Shown: positions 38,671 to 49,981 of the stretch, piece after piece
Layout of the letters: every line of letters starts with the position of its first letter
Position numbering within the stretch: position 1 is the first letter of the stretch
From: an uncultured Enterorhabdus sp.
GTDB lineage: Bacteria > Actinomycetota > Coriobacteriia > Coriobacteriales > Eggerthellaceae
Length of the DNA: 64,000 nucleotides
Reading direction: 5' to 3'
Assembly (NCBI GenBank): GCA_947649205.1
Contig: CANSQM010000009.1
Coordinates: forward strand, 4,757-68,756
The notes under the pieces: generated by a model
Seen by the model: the letters and a program-made list of their open reading frames with translations, nothing else
Database searches by the model: none
What the model was told of the DNA's origin: nothing
Made by a program: the position numbers and the translations under genes

Positions 38671-40230
38671 CTAGGCGGCGTCTTGCTGCTGCTGGCCGTA
38701 GAGGCGCAGCATGTCCTCGATGCTCATGCCGCCCATGCCGCCCTGGGGCTGGCCCATGGACTGCTGCTCGGTCTCGGCCTTCTTCTGCTGCTGGGTGGCA
38801 GCATCGTCGCCGAGAGTCACCTGAACCTCCTTCTCCTGGCCGCCACTGTTCACAGTCAGGGTCACGGTGTCGCCGGGGTTCTTGGTGCGCACGTCCAGCA
38901 TGAGGTCGCTCGCGCTTTCCACGGGCTGGCCGTCGAAGGCGGTGATGATGTCGCCGGGCACGATGCCGGCCGCGGCGGCGCCGGAGTTCTCGGACACGCC
39001 GGCCACGTAGGCGCCAGTGTCAACGGCCAGGCCGTAGCGCTGGGCCGCCTGGGCGCTCACGGTGGACAGGCTCACGCCGAGCTGAGCATGGGTGGGCTCC
39101 TGGCCGGCGATGATCTGCTGAGCCAGGTTGATGGCGTAGTTCACCGGGATGGCGAAGCCGACGCCGGAGTAGTTGCCGGAATAGGAGGTGATGAGCGTGT
39201 TGATGCCGATGAGCTTGCCCTCGTCATCCACGAGCGCGCCACCCGAGTTACCGGGGTTGATGGCCGCGTCGGTCTGGATCATGTTCGGATAGATGGTCAC
39301 CTCGCCCGAGCCGCCGGACTGCATGGACTCGGTGGCGTCCATGATCTGGGAACGACTCGTGGCCGATACGATGCCCGTGGCCACGGACTGCTCCAGGCCG
39401 AAGGGGGAGCCGAGGGTCATGACCCACTCGCCGATAGTTAGGTTGTCGGAATCGCCGATATCCATGGGGGTAAGCCCGCTGGCATCCTTAGCCTTCAGCA
39501 CGGCCACGTCGGAGGAGGCGTCGGTGCCTACCAGCTCGGCATCGTAGGTCTCGCCGGCCACGGTCACCTTATAGGCGGCGCCACCTTCCACCACGTGGTT
39601 GTTCGTGATGATATAGCCATCCTCGGACAGCACCACACCAGAGCCCTGGGAGTACATCTGAAGTTCCTGGCCGCCCTGATCCTGCGGGGCACCATAACCG
39701 TAATTGTAGCCGAACAGCTCTTCCAGGCCGCCCATGCCGCCCATGGACTGGGGCGCGGCGTACACGTCGATGGCCACCACGGAGGGCAGGCACTTCGCGG
39801 CCACGGCCTCGGCCAACGTGGCATCCTCGCTCGGCGAGATGACCACCGGCTGGCCAGTGTTGGGGTCGGTCACCGTGGCGGCCGGGGAAGAGCCAGTCAT
39901 GGCGTCCACGGCGCCCCACACGCCGAAGGCGAGCACGCAGGCCACCAGGGCACCGGCAAACGCGATGAGGAAGGTCTTGCCGCCGGAGCTCTTCTGAGCC
40001 GCATGCTGGGCATGGACGGGCTCGGCTTCATAGGTTTGCTGGGCGCCGGCCTGGGGCGCGGCATAACCGTGCTGGGGCGCTCCGTAGGCCTGCTGGCCAT
40101 GGGGAGCACCGTGGGTCTGCGGGGCAGTCGGCGCGGGATGAACCGGCTGGAAGGGGTTCGGCTGGCCGGGCTGGCCGCCGGGGTTCGGGGTGCTCCCGCC
40201 GGGGGCGGGAGTGCCGTTCATGTCGGTCAT
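38671..40230 (-). CDS. htrA: HtrA/DegP-like serine protease with PDZ domain
   Basis: GSGVV, ITNNHVV, DVAVLK, IQTDAAINPGNSGGAL, C-terminal PDZ; AAAGGAGA RBS before ATG 40230. Confidence 0.93.
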   Translation of the reverse strand: MTDMNGTPAPGGSTPNPGGQPGQPNPFQPVHPAPTAPQTHGAPHGQQAYGAPQHGYAAPQAGAQQTYEAEPVHAQHAAQKSSGGKTFLIAFAGALVACVLAFGVWGAVDAMTGSSPAATVTDPNTGQPVVISPSEDATLAEAVAAKCLPSVVAIDVYAAPQSMGGMGGLEELFGYNYGYGAPQDQGGQELQMYSQGSGVVLSEDGYIITNNHVVEGGAAYKVTVAGETYDAELVGTDASSDVAVLKAKDASGLTPMDIGDSDNLTIGEWVMTLGSPFGLEQSVATGIVSATSRSQIMDATESMQSGGSGEVTIYPNMIQTDAAINPGNSGGALVDDEGKLIGINTLITSYSGNYSGVGFAIPVNYAINLAQQIIAGQEPTHAQLGVSLSTVSAQAAQRYGLAVDTGAYVAGVSENSGAAAAGIVPGDIITAFDGQPVESASDLMLDVRTKNPGDTVTLTVNSGGQEKEVQVTLGDDAATQQQKKAETEQQSMGQPQGGMGGMSIEDMLRLYGQQQQDAA

Positions 40231-40551
40231 AGGGGTCTCCTTTGCAGAAGGGTTGCAACGTATGCTGCGGCAAACCTTAGCACGCCCCTGAGAGAATCCA
40301 CCATGCTGGCAACCCATCGTCACGCTTGCGTCACGGAGATACACCAACTGGTGTACATCCCGTGACGCCCCATGGAAAACGGGGCGGCCCCTTGCTCGTG
40401 AAGAAGGACGGTCTGCCGGGCACGGACGTGGCGCTCAACGAAAAGCGGGGCGGCCCCTTCCGGAACCGCCCTGCTCACTCGCTCATGCTATCCGCGTTCG
40501 ACAGGCCTGGCTCGCGGCCCGGCCGACCCCGGCCCTAGCCGCCGCAGCCCC

Positions 40552-43500
40552 CTAAGCCCTGCGCCGGCTCTGACGCCGCGACCGCGCCAGGGCGATGACG
40601 GCCACGCAGCCGGCCACGCAGGCCGCGACCACCAGGAGGGCCCCGCGGGCCGCATCCCCGGTCTGGGCCAGGTACAGCAGTGTGCGGTGCTTCTTGTCAT
40701 CGTCTGCCTCGCCGCCGATGATGCCGCCCTTGGCGTTCACATCGGCCGACGGGTACACCGGGTCGGGGTTGCTCACCCCGGGATGCCCCTCGATGAAGGA
40801 GTCCCAGCCCTCGGAGGGCACGAAGGGGCCACCAGGCGTCGTGCCGGCACCGCCGGGCTCGCGGGTGGAAGGCAGCGTGCCGTGGGCCGAAGCCGTGTTG
40901 CCCACGTCCTTGCCCACCGCGTCCTCGGTCACCAGAGCGTCGAAGGTCACCGACACCGAGGCACCGCCGGGCAAGTCGCCGCAGGCCACGGCCAGCACGC
41001 GGCTGCGCACATCGTAGGCCGAATCGGGCACGTCGTGCACCGTGCCGGCGGCATCGGTCAGCTTGATGCTCTTCTCCAGCACCTCCAGCCCCTCGGGCAC
41101 CTCGTCGCGAACGACCGCGTCGTACCACATGGAATACGGCTTGGCATTGCTCACCGTTACTGTGTAGCGCACGGTATCGCCCACGTGGGTGCTACCGTCG
41201 CTGCGGTCCAGGTTCTCGGCCGTCTTCACCAACTTCACGTCGGCCGGTCCCTCGTCGTCATCTTCCAGCTTCGGATCCGACGGGCTTGCCGTGCCGGGGT
41301 CGGCCGGCTCGGAGGGCGGAATCACGATCTCCTCGTCCTCGGGAATCTCGGGGAACAGGTCTTTGATCTCGTCGATGACGTCCTTCTCCTTGTCCTCCCA
41401 CGTGGTACCGTGGTCCTCGGGGTTGTAGGGGCCGGGCGGGGTGGGCTTGCGGTCGATCTCGATGGGCCCCGGTGTGGGGTTGTCGGGATCGGGCTCGGGC
41501 ACCGTCTGCGAGGGCTGGGTGCCCAGGGGCGCCGCTATGTTGGACAGGTTGCCGTCGCCGTCCAGGGCCTCGCCGGTCACCGTGCACTCGAAGGTGACGC
41601 TGGCGCTCTTCAGCCCCGGCACATCGCCCAAGCAAAAACCGAGAATGCGCGAGGCCTCGTCCCAGTCGGCCTCGAAGTCGCGGTACTCGTTGCCCGCCGC
41701 GTCGATCACCACCGCCGAGCCGGCCACATAGGCCAGGCCCTGGGGCAGTGGATCCTTCACCACCACATCGTAGTAGGAGCTGCCGGGCTTGCCGTTGGCC
41801 ACGGTAATGGTGAAACGAATGGTATCGCCCACCAGGGCCGATGCCTGGTTGGGCCGGCTCGCGAAACCGGGGGTCACGTTCTCGGCCGTCTTGGTCGTGG
41901 TAATGTCGCCACCGGGACGAGGGTCCACGTCGTCTGGCACGATGATGAGATCGTGATCGTCGCGAGCATCGGGGTCCACCGGGTCGGGGCGCATCTCGGG
42001 CGTGATGGGCACCGTGACGATGACCTCCTCGCGAATGGGGTCGCCATCCGGGTCATCGGGGTTGGGCCGCTCGATGGTCACGGGAATGTCCACGTGGTCG
42101 GCCTCGGGGTCCTCTTCCAGCTTCTGTTTGATCTGCTCGTCCAGCTCCTTGGCAATATCCTCGGGCGACTGCGGGTCCTCCTTGTCGCCGAACTGCACGA
42201 TGACGTCGCCCTCCTGGATGGGGCGCTTCGGCGGCTGGGCATCGGGATCGTCCGGGTCGGCATCGGGGTCGGTCGGCGGAGCCGGCTTCGCCGGGTCGTC
42301 GGGGTCGGCATCCACGGCCTCGTCGAAGGGCGAGCCGGGTTTCACGGGGCCTACGGGCACGCCGGGCTTCTTCGGGCCGTCGGGGTTGCTCGGGTCTTCC
42401 GGCTCCGGGTCCTCCAGGTCGCCGCCGAGAATCTCGGTGGCCGTATCGGGGTCGGGCACAATGGGCTCCGGCTCCGGTTCGGGAGCGGCATCGGGGCTCG
42501 GGGGCAGCGTCGGGTTGGCCTCGGCCTCGGCCGGGGTCACCTCCACGCCGTTCTCGGTATCGATGCGGTTATCCCAGTCGAAGGCGTCGGGATCGATACC
42601 GTAGACGCCCGACACCTCGGAATGGCTCAGGAACTCCGGTTTCTCGCCCGGCTGCTTGTCCAGCACATCGGTCTTCACGACCACGTCCAGCTTGAAGCGG
42701 TAGGACTGGCCGCCGAACAGCGTGGGCAGGCTCTTCACCACCACCTTGTCGCCGACCACCTCGTAATCGGCCTGCACCTCGTTGCCCTCAGGGTCAACGA
42801 TGGTCAGGGCCGAGAAGTCGGTGTCGCCGGGAATGCCCAGCTCGTACACGGGGTTGATGCAGGCGGTGTCGTTCTTCTCGTTGGTGGCCGTCACGACATA
42901 GCGCAAGGTGTCGCCGGGGCGAATGGTGCCGTCGGTGCGCGACATATCGTAAGCCGTCTCGGTCATGGCCAGCTCGGGTTCCTTGGCCAGGTCGGGGAAG
43001 ATGTACACGTCGAAGCTCTTGGTCACGCTGCTGTAGGCGCCCGTGCCCTTGATGGTGGCCGTAATGGTGGTCTTGCCCGCCGACATCACCCGCGCCACGG
43101 CGCCCACGCCGTAATCCACCTTGCCGTCCACATAGGGGCGGTTCGTGGTGAAGTCGTTGGGCTCGATCTTAATCACGCCCGGGTTCGAGCTGGTGAACAC
43201 GATGTCACCGATGGAGTTGGACTGCACGTACAGCGGGAACCAATCCGCATGGGTCGCGATCACCGTGCCGTCCTCGTCGGTCTCGTCGCGGAACTTCGAC
43301 ACGTCGGTCTCTTCCCGCTTGCCGCGGGGCTCCTTGGTGGCAGGGTCAACCCAGTCGCGCTCGGTCTTCTCGTTGATGTTGGCCTTCACGGTAGCCTCGT
43401 TGGCGGCTTGCTCGGCCTCGCTGAGCCCCTCGCCATTGGGCACATAGCCGGTGTCCTTCATGTTGAACAGGCGGAAGTCCGGCGTGGCCAGCTCAATTTC

Positions 43501-46500
43501 CACCGGTGCCGCCTCGTTGGCCGACTCGTAGTAGTTCACGTAGGCGGAATCGTTGTGGGCCGGCTGCCAGGCTTCACGGGGCTCGGTGCCCATGATGCGG
43601 GCCAGAGCCGAGGCCACAGCGGCGCCGGCAGCGGCCTCGTCGCGCGGGTCGGATCCCGGGCGGGCGCTCGTGTACTCCACATACACATGGTGCTCGTTGC
43701 CCTCGGCGCTCTTGTCCTCCAGGCCGAAAGCCTCCAGCTGGCCGCGGGTCAGGTTGAAGTAGGCCATGGTGTGCTCGCGGCCGTCCTTGTCCTGCTTGAT
43801 CCACGCCTTCTCGAAGGTGTCATCCTCCAGCTCGGCGCGGTCGAACTCGATGACGCCGCCGAGGCTCTCGGGCACCGCGCGCCCGTCGATGTACAGTTGC
43901 AGACGGCCCGTCGGCGCCTTGCAAGTGGGCTTCGACATATTGGAACCGTCGGGATAGGTGTCGCCGAAAGGCAACTTGTCGCTGGCCACGTCCACGGGCA
44001 CCACAAGGTGGTTGTTCGTGGCAGTGTTGAAGTTGCCGGCGTTCTCATCCTGGGCCCAGGTGGGGCCGGTGTACTCCTTCTCCACCTTGTTGCCGTCGCC
44101 GTCGGTGATCTCCAACTTCAGCGGCTCGGTCAGCTCCCAGGAGGTCTTCGAGGTCACCGGCGAGATGATGGCGCTGCCCGTAGCCGCATGGCCCCAGTAG
44201 GTCATGTTGAAATTCGTGTCGGAGGCATACTGATTGGAGCGTACTTCGATGGTGTACGTTCCCGCAGCGGTGGGCGTCTTGGTATTCTCCGACGCGCTGC
44301 CGACCGTCTCACCGTCCTCATCCACCTGCCAATAGTAGTACTTGATGAACTTGTTCTGGTTCAACTCGCCGGCAGGGGGATCGTCGACGGGAATGGGGGT
44401 CTTTTCCACGTCGACTGGCTCAAGCTGTTCTCCATCGTAGTACTTGTTCCAGTTCTCCTGCACGAAGGTCTCGTCCAGCTCGAAGACGTTCCATTCCTTC
44501 GGCTTGGTGTCACCGCCGTCCACCGATCCGGGGGGAAGGGTGGTATTGGAGGTGAGCAGCTTGTCTCCCACATAATAGGAGAAATTCGCATCAATCTGAT
44601 GATCGGCGTTCGTGCCTTGGGGAAGCCAGAGATACAGCTTGCCGTCGTTCAGGTTCGCCGGTGCCCCATAGCGTGGGTCGGAAAGCTTCTTGTCAAGCAG
44701 AAGCTCCCAGCTCTCCATCTTGGCGTTGAAGTCAGGCGTAACCCCGGCCTTGTCGGCCGCCGCCTGAATCTTCGACTTCACGTCCACGGTAATCATGCCG
44801 ACCTTCTTGGTCTTCTCCACGTCGCCCCATGCAAAAGCGGTCTGACCCGGCGCCACGCCGTTGCCTTGGAAGCGCGTGCAGTAGACCGAGCCGCCGGTGA
44901 TGATCACATAACCGCCGTCACCGCCGATCTCGAGGTAACCAGCGCCGTTGCCCCAATGGGGAAGCAGCGTACCGCCGGTGATGAGAATGGTCTTTCCTGC
45001 ATTGGTGCCCGCGCAACCCTGGCCGAAGGCATTGCTGTGCTCGGCGCCAAAGGCCTCGATGAAGCCACCGTTAATGGTGATGTCGCCAGCCACCGTGGCG
45101 TGGGCGTTACGCGTTATGAGAGCATCCTGGAAGGGGAATGTGTACTGGGTTCCCAGGGACATGCCGCCCTCGTAGGTGCAGCCGCCACCGATGGCCGCCC
45201 CATGATAGGAGGCATAGGCTTTCACCTCGCCGCTGTTGAAGATAGTCTCGGTGCTGCCCGCTGCGTGGCCGCCGCCGATGCCGCAGCCGGCGCCGTTGCC
45301 AGTTCTGTCGTTTGCCTCGGCATGGATAATGCCGCCGTTGAACGTCATGTGACCCGAATTCTCCAGAGGGCCGCCGCCGATGGCCGCCGCACGAATGCCG
45401 CCATAGGCGTTCAGGGCTCCCGGGTTGCGGCTGTCGAGGTTCGAGAGGCTGTTGACCAGATCGGAGCCTTTGGCCGTAGCCGTCTGCGTGTCGCCGTCCT
45501 TATCGCGGTACTTCGTGCCTGCGGGAATCATGCCCTGCTCGGGAACAATGGCCCTGCCGGCCGTGTCCACGTTGCGGACCGCGTCGTCTACCACGAGGAC
45601 CGAACCCTCGCCGCAGCGAAGGGCCGGGTACTGCTGATAGCGCGTGGGGTCGGTGGCAGTGTTCGCCGTCTTCGTAAGGTGCTGGTTGGCGTAGAGCGTG
45701 TTCACCGTGCCGTCAGCGAGGGTGAGGTGCACGGTCGTCTTGTTCTTCACATCGTCAGCAGACACCTCAGTTGTAAGGTAGGAGCCGTTATCGGTGCTGT
45801 TGGTGACGATGTTGAAGGGAAGTTCGCTGCGAATGTTCACGCCCTCGAAGGTGATATCGGCCTTCACGCCGGGCTCGACCCGGATGGAGGTGGCCACCGC
45901 CGTATCAACCCCCTGGGTATTCTTCAGACGATAGGTGCCGTCTTTCTTGATGACGAGGGAGGATATCGTGTTTTCGGCCTTGTACTGAGGGTACACCGTA
46001 ATGTCGCGGCCGCTGTTCGAGCCAGCGGGACGCGTGCTGCTCCGACAGTAATGGGTATAGGTCACCGTCTCCAAATCGTAGTCGGTGCCGGGCGTGCCGC
46101 CCTGGATGGAGAGGCCGCCGTAGTCGGTGAAGCCGTCACCGTCGGCCTGGGGCGCGGGCTCGCCTTCCTCGGAGGCCGCGACGATGCCATCATCGGCTGG
46201 GGGAGCAGCGACAGCCGGGGCATCGGCAGAGTCGGCGGCATCGACAGCGGGATCGGCTACCTCTTCCTTAGAAGCGCCCCCCCCCGTGGCGTTTTCGGAG
46301 CCATCGCCGGGTGCCGAGCTGTCAGGCGCAACGCCATCGCCACCAGCGGAAGTGTCGGCGTGCTCATCAGATTCGGGCGGCAGGGCCTCGCCAGTGCCAG
46401 TTTCGCCGGCATCCAGAGGACGGTCGTTCACCGTCAGCGAATCGGAAGATGTTTCTTCAGGGCTTCCGTAGGCGAATGCACCCACGGACGGCAGGGTCAA

Positions 46501-46566
46501 GCCCGCCGCCAGGGTTACCGCCAGGATGCAGCGAAACAGCTTCTTTTGGGGTACGTTTTCTTTCAT
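40552..46566 (-). CDS. ~2,000-aa sortase-anchored adhesin: Gly-rich beta-helix-like region, DUF11/fimbrial-isopeptide-like domains, Pro/Asp-rich stalk
   Basis: Signal peptide from ATG 46566; AAIGGG/GCGIGGG repeats; three (P/V)GDT.R(Y/F)..T..N domains; LAQTG, TM helix and RRQSRRRA tail. Confidence 0.85.
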   Translation of the reverse strand: MKENVPQKKLFRCILAVTLAAGLTLPSVGAFAYGSPEETSSDSLTVNDRPLDAGETGTGEALPPESDEHADTSAGGDGVAPDSSAPGDGSENATGGGASKEEVADPAVDAADSADAPAVAAPPADDGIVAASEEGEPAPQADGDGFTDYGGLSIQGGTPGTDYDLETVTYTHYCRSSTRPAGSNSGRDITVYPQYKAENTISSLVIKKDGTYRLKNTQGVDTAVATSIRVEPGVKADITFEGVNIRSELPFNIVTNSTDNGSYLTTEVSADDVKNKTTVHLTLADGTVNTLYANQHLTKTANTATDPTRYQQYPALRCGEGSVLVVDDAVRNVDTAGRAIVPEQGMIPAGTKYRDKDGDTQTATAKGSDLVNSLSNLDSRNPGALNAYGGIRAAAIGGGPLENSGHMTFNGGIIHAEANDRTGNGAGCGIGGGHAAGSTETIFNSGEVKAYASYHGAAIGGGCTYEGGMSLGTQYTFPFQDALITRNAHATVAGDITINGGFIEAFGAEHSNAFGQGCAGTNAGKTILITGGTLLPHWGNGAGYLEIGGDGGYVIITGGSVYCTRFQGNGVAPGQTAFAWGDVEKTKKVGMITVDVKSKIQAAADKAGVTPDFNAKMESWELLLDKKLSDPRYGAPANLNDGKLYLWLPQGTNADHQIDANFSYYVGDKLLTSNTTLPPGSVDGGDTKPKEWNVFELDETFVQENWNKYYDGEQLEPVDVEKTPIPVDDPPAGELNQNKFIKYYYWQVDEDGETVGSASENTKTPTAAGTYTIEVRSNQYASDTNFNMTYWGHAATGSAIISPVTSKTSWELTEPLKLEITDGDGNKVEKEYTGPTWAQDENAGNFNTATNNHLVVPVDVASDKLPFGDTYPDGSNMSKPTCKAPTGRLQLYIDGRAVPESLGGVIEFDRAELEDDTFEKAWIKQDKDGREHTMAYFNLTRGQLEAFGLEDKSAEGNEHHVYVEYTSARPGSDPRDEAAAGAAVASALARIMGTEPREAWQPAHNDSAYVNYYESANEAAPVEIELATPDFRLFNMKDTGYVPNGEGLSEAEQAANEATVKANINEKTERDWVDPATKEPRGKREETDVSKFRDETDEDGTVIATHADWFPLYVQSNSIGDIVFTSSNPGVIKIEPNDFTTNRPYVDGKVDYGVGAVARVMSAGKTTITATIKGTGAYSSVTKSFDVYIFPDLAKEPELAMTETAYDMSRTDGTIRPGDTLRYVVTATNEKNDTACINPVYELGIPGDTDFSALTIVDPEGNEVQADYEVVGDKVVVKSLPTLFGGQSYRFKLDVVVKTDVLDKQPGEKPEFLSHSEVSGVYGIDPDAFDWDNRIDTENGVEVTPAEAEANPTLPPSPDAAPEPEPEPIVPDPDTATEILGGDLEDPEPEDPSNPDGPKKPGVPVGPVKPGSPFDEAVDADPDDPAKPAPPTDPDADPDDPDAQPPKRPIQEGDVIVQFGDKEDPQSPEDIAKELDEQIKQKLEEDPEADHVDIPVTIERPNPDDPDGDPIREEVIVTVPITPEMRPDPVDPDARDDHDLIIVPDDVDPRPGGDITTTKTAENVTPGFASRPNQASALVGDTIRFTITVANGKPGSSYYDVVVKDPLPQGLAYVAGSAVVIDAAGNEYRDFEADWDEASRILGFCLGDVPGLKSASVTFECTVTGEALDGDGNLSNIAAPLGTQPSQTVPEPDPDNPTPGPIEIDRKPTPPGPYNPEDHGTTWEDKEKDVIDEIKDLFPEIPEDEEIVIPPSEPADPGTASPSDPKLEDDDEGPADVKLVKTAENLDRSDGSTHVGDTVRYTVTVSNAKPYSMWYDAVVRDEVPEGLEVLEKSIKLTDAAGTVHDVPDSAYDVRSRVLAVACGDLPGGASVSVTFDALVTEDAVGKDVGNTASAHGTLPSTREPGGAGTTPGGPFVPSEGWDSFIEGHPGVSNPDPVYPSADVNAKGGIIGGEADDDKKHRTLLYLAQTGDAARGALLVVAACVAGCVAVIALARSRRQSRRRA

Positions 46567-46752
46567 TGCTGCTCCCACCTGGCCTTCCACAGCCGATGGA
46601 CCGAGGAAGACGCAAACGTAATCGTCAGTATAGGTGTCGCACAGTATACGCCAACCCGACGATTTTTCAACAAAGCGTCTTTGCTCGGGAACGAAACATG
46701 CCGTTAAGAGTCCCGCTGCACCGTTGGGCGGGAGCCGATGCAACTCCAGCAG

Positions 46753-47445
46753 CTAGCCCGCCAAATGATCGGTGGCGCCGATGGCCCCCACGGAAATGGC
46801 GCCATCATCCCACACCACCTCGGTGATAGAGGCATTCTCGATCTTGGAGGGAAAGGGCACGTCATCGCGGGCGTACAGGAACACCAACGCGCGGATGAGC
46901 AGGGCATGGGACACCACGAGCACATTGCCACCGCCCGCCTCCTCCACGGCGCGGCCGCATTCGTGCAGGAACGCCTCGATGCGGGCAGCTATGGCAGCGA
47001 AATTCTCAGCCCGTTCCATTGGATCGGTGGCATTCAGATAGTCGGCGATCTCGTTGAGGCGCCGATTCTGGGCTTCCCGGGGCAGATCCTCCCCGAACAG
47101 ATCCCGCAGGCACTGGCGCATGGCCTCAGAGGGTTCTCCCTCCAGCGCCCCGAAGCACCACTCGCGCAGCCGTGCATCTTCGCGTACGGGAACGGGCGCA
47201 ATAGCCCGTCCCTCGCAGGCACGCGCCTCTGCCCGGGCTTCCAAGGCCAGGGCCAGCGTATCGCGGGCCCGGGAGGCGTCGCTGGCATAGGCGGCCGCAA
47301 AATCCCGATCGGCCAAGCCCCGGCCGAGCAGGCGGGCATCGCGCACACCCTTCTCGGTGAGGGGCGAATCGCACCAGCCCTGAACGCGGTTCTCAACATT
47401 GAACTGGGTTTCCCCGTGGCGGGTGAAGTAGAAGGTGACGGCCAT
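46753..47445 (-). CDS. Histidine phosphatase (phosphoglycerate mutase) family protein
   Basis: RHGET, QGWCDSPL, LREWCFG, VSHA. Confidence 0.92.
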   Translation of the reverse strand: MAVTFYFTRHGETQFNVENRVQGWCDSPLTEKGVRDARLLGRGLADRDFAAAYASDASRARDTLALALEARAEARACEGRAIAPVPVREDARLREWCFGALEGEPSEAMRQCLRDLFGEDLPREAQNRRLNEIADYLNATDPMERAENFAAIAARIEAFLHECGRAVEEAGGGNVLVVSHALLIRALVFLYARDDVPFPSKIENASITEVVWDDGAISVGAIGATDHLAG

Positions 47446-47454
47446 GACGTGCGG

Positions 47455-48225
47455 CTAATCTCGGTCGTAGTTCGCCAGGAAGGCCCGGGTGCGGTCGTGC
47501 CGGGGGTTGTTGATGACCTCGCTGGCCGGTCCCTGCTCTACGATAACGCCGCCGTCCATGAAGATGATCTGATCGGCCACGTCGCGGGCAAAGCCCATCT
47601 CGTGGGTGACGATCACCATGGTCATATGCTCGGCCGCCAAATCGCGGATAACCTTCAGCACCTCGCGCGTGAGCTCCGGGTCCAGGGCACTCGTCGGCTC
47701 GTCGAAGTACAGCACATCGGGGTTCATGGCCATCGCCCGAGCAATGGCCACGCGCTGCTGCTGGCCGCCGGACAGATCGCAGGGCACCATGGATTCCTTA
47801 TCGGCCAAGCCCATCTTCGCCAGCAGATCGCGCCCCCGGGCCAAAGCCTCGTCCTTCGGCATCTTCTGCACGCAGATGAGGGCATCGGTCACATTCTGCA
47901 GCACCGTATAGTGCGGAAACAGGTTGAAGTTCTGGAACACGAGCCCATAGCGGGTCTTGGCCGTCGCGATGGTGGCCGCATCTCCGTACACGGCGCGGCC
48001 CTCGGCGTTGTTGGAGCACACCACCAAATCGCCGTAGGACAAGTCGCCCGAGTTCAGCGTTTCCAACAGCGCCAGGCAGCGCAGCAGCGTGGACTTCCCG
48101 CCGCCCGACGGCCCGATGACCGCCAGCACGTCGCCCTTATTCACCGTCAGCGAGATATCCTTCAGGACCTCGTTGTCCCCGAAGGCCTTCTTGCCGTGGT
48201 TCAATGTTACAACAGCGTTAGTCAT
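47455..48225 (-). CDS. Polar amino-acid ABC transporter ATP-binding protein
   Basis: [43 protein letters not shown]. Confidence 0.95.
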   Translation of the reverse strand: MTNAVVTLNHGKKAFGDNEVLKDISLTVNKGDVLAVIGPSGGGKSTLLRCLALLETLNSGDLSYGDLVVCSNNAEGRAVYGDAATIATAKTRYGLVFQNFNLFPHYTVLQNVTDALICVQKMPKDEALARGRDLLAKMGLADKESMVPCDLSGGQQQRVAIARAMAMNPDVLYFDEPTSALDPELTREVLKVIRDLAAEHMTMVIVTHEMGFARDVADQIIFMDGGVIVEQGPASEVINNPRHDRTRAFLANYDRD

Positions 48226-48871
48226 GATAATAATCCAGCTTCTTCTCGACGCGGTTCAGGATAAACTCGATGACCAGACAGAACACCCAGTAGATGAGGG
48301 CGGCGATGGCGTAGGGGATCATGGACACCTCGCTGGCCGCGAGCGCCTTGGCTGCCGAGAACATCTCCATGATGCCGAGCACGAAGGCCAGAGACGTGTC
48401 TTTCACCAGGGTGATGATCTCGTTGCCCATGGCCGGCAGAATGCGCTTGATGACCTGGGGCAGCACAATCTTCGTGAAGGTCTGGGCCTTGGAATAGCCC
48501 AGCACCGTGGCCGCCTCGTACTGGCCGCGGGGAATGGACTGGATGCCCGAGCGGTAGATTTCCGCGAAGTAGGCCGCATAGTTCAGGATGAAGCCGATGG
48601 CGCAGGCCCAGAACTTCCAATCGCTACCCATGTTCAGGCCGAACAAATAGTAGGGGCCGAACATGATGGCCATAAGCTGCAGCATGAGCGGTGTGCCGCG
48701 CAGGATGGAAATGTAGAGCTGGGCGAGCCAGGCCAAGGGCTTGAACCGGCTCATGCGGGCCAGGGCCACCACAATGCCGAGGGGCAGCGACCCCACGAGC
48801 GTAATGACGAAGATTTGGGCCGTCAGCCCGAAGCCTTCCATGAGAATGCCCATCATAACGGGAAATTCCAC
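48218..48871 (-). CDS. Polar amino-acid ABC transporter permease
   Basis: [39 protein letters not shown]. Confidence 0.95.
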   Translation of the reverse strand: MEFPVMMGILMEGFGLTAQIFVITLVGSLPLGIVVALARMSRFKPLAWLAQLYISILRGTPLMLQLMAIMFGPYYLFGLNMGSDWKFWACAIGFILNYAAYFAEIYRSGIQSIPRGQYEAATVLGYSKAQTFTKIVLPQVIKRILPAMGNEIITLVKDTSLAFVLGIMEMFSAAKALAASEVSMIPYAIAALIYWVFCLVIEFILNRVEKKLDYYHD

Positions 48872-48940
48872 GCCTCTCCACTTCCTCTCTAGCCGTCCGG
48901 CCTACACCCGGGTGCCCATGATACCGCACCCCAGCGCCAC

Positions 48941-48972
48941 GGAGGGCGAAGCCCGTCAGGACTTCGCCCTCC
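48941..48972 (-). terminator. Hairpin between the binding-protein and permease genes
   Basis: ggagggcgaag/cttcgccctcc 11-bp stem. Confidence 0.55.
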
Positions 48973-49035
48973 CTCTATATATCTTTACCTACTTCTCGCT
49001 GGTTCGCCCAAGGAAGTCAGCGAGGTTGCGACCGG

Positions 49036-49890
49036 CTAGTCAGTCAGCACCCAGTTGTCGATGCTGATGCCGTACTCGCCCCACTTCTCGCACAGCTGGG
49101 CGATGGTGCCGTCGTCGTACATCTCCTTCAAGGTCTTGTTCACGGCGTCCACCATGGCGGTATCGCCGTCCTTCGCGAAGCCCACGGCGTAGTTCTCGGT
49201 GGACAGGGGCTCCAACTTCACGAACATGTCCGGCTTGGCAGCCATCTGGTAGTCGGCAATGGACAGGTCGCAGGCCACGGCATCCACGGCACCGGACTCC
49301 AGCTGCATGAAGGCGTTGTTGTAGTCGCCGATGGTCTGGGCCTTGCCACCGGCAAAGGTGTCGGCCAGGGCCTTTTGATCGCCTTCGAGCACGTCCAGGG
49401 CGGCGGAGTCGGCCTGGGTCATGACGTTCTTGTCGGCCAGATCCTCCAGCTTGTTAATGCCGGAGTCCTTCTTCACCACCACGACCTGCTCGTTGTGCAT
49501 GTAGGGCTTCGAGAAGGCGTACTTGCCCTCGCGGCCCTCCATGGTAAATCCGTTCCAGATGCAGTTGATGGTGCCCTGGCCCAAGAGCGCGTCCTTGGCA
49601 TCCCAGTCGATGGCCTCCAGCTCAAGGTTCCAGCCGTTGCGAGCGGCCACCTCGGTGGCCAGGTCGATATCGAAGCCGGTCAGGTTGCCGTCGTCGCCGA
49701 TGAAGCCGTAGGGCGGGTAGGCGTTATCAAGACCCACAATGAGCGTGGTGGTCTCGGGATTGGCCGCAGCACCGTTGTCAGCGCTGTTGTCGGCCGCGCC
49801 GTTATCGCCGGAGCCGGCGCAACCAGCCAGCAGCGCCGCACCGAGGCACAGGGCCGCGGCCATGGCCGCGAGTTTCGTCAACTTCTTCAT
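49036..49890 (-). CDS. Amino-acid ABC transporter substrate-binding lipoprotein (SBP family 3)
   Basis: LAGC lipobox; YPPYGF, GFDIDLA, IDWDAK, INCIWNGFT. Confidence 0.93.
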   Translation of the reverse strand: MKKLTKLAAMAAALCLGAALLAGCAGSGDNGAADNSADNGAAANPETTTLIVGLDNAYPPYGFIGDDGNLTGFDIDLATEVAARNGWNLELEAIDWDAKDALLGQGTINCIWNGFTMEGREGKYAFSKPYMHNEQVVVVKKDSGINKLEDLADKNVMTQADSAALDVLEGDQKALADTFAGGKAQTIGDYNNAFMQLESGAVDAVACDLSIADYQMAAKPDMFVKLEPLSTENYAVGFAKDGDTAMVDAVNKTLKEMYDDGTIAQLCEKWGEYGISIDNWVLTD

Positions 49891-49981
49891 AGGTTCCTCC
49901 CTTGAAGGCGACGGACCGCTCGTCCGCCCCTTGTCCGTTGCTTCCGTCGCACCGCTTCTCCGGCGCGTCCGTTCACTTTAC

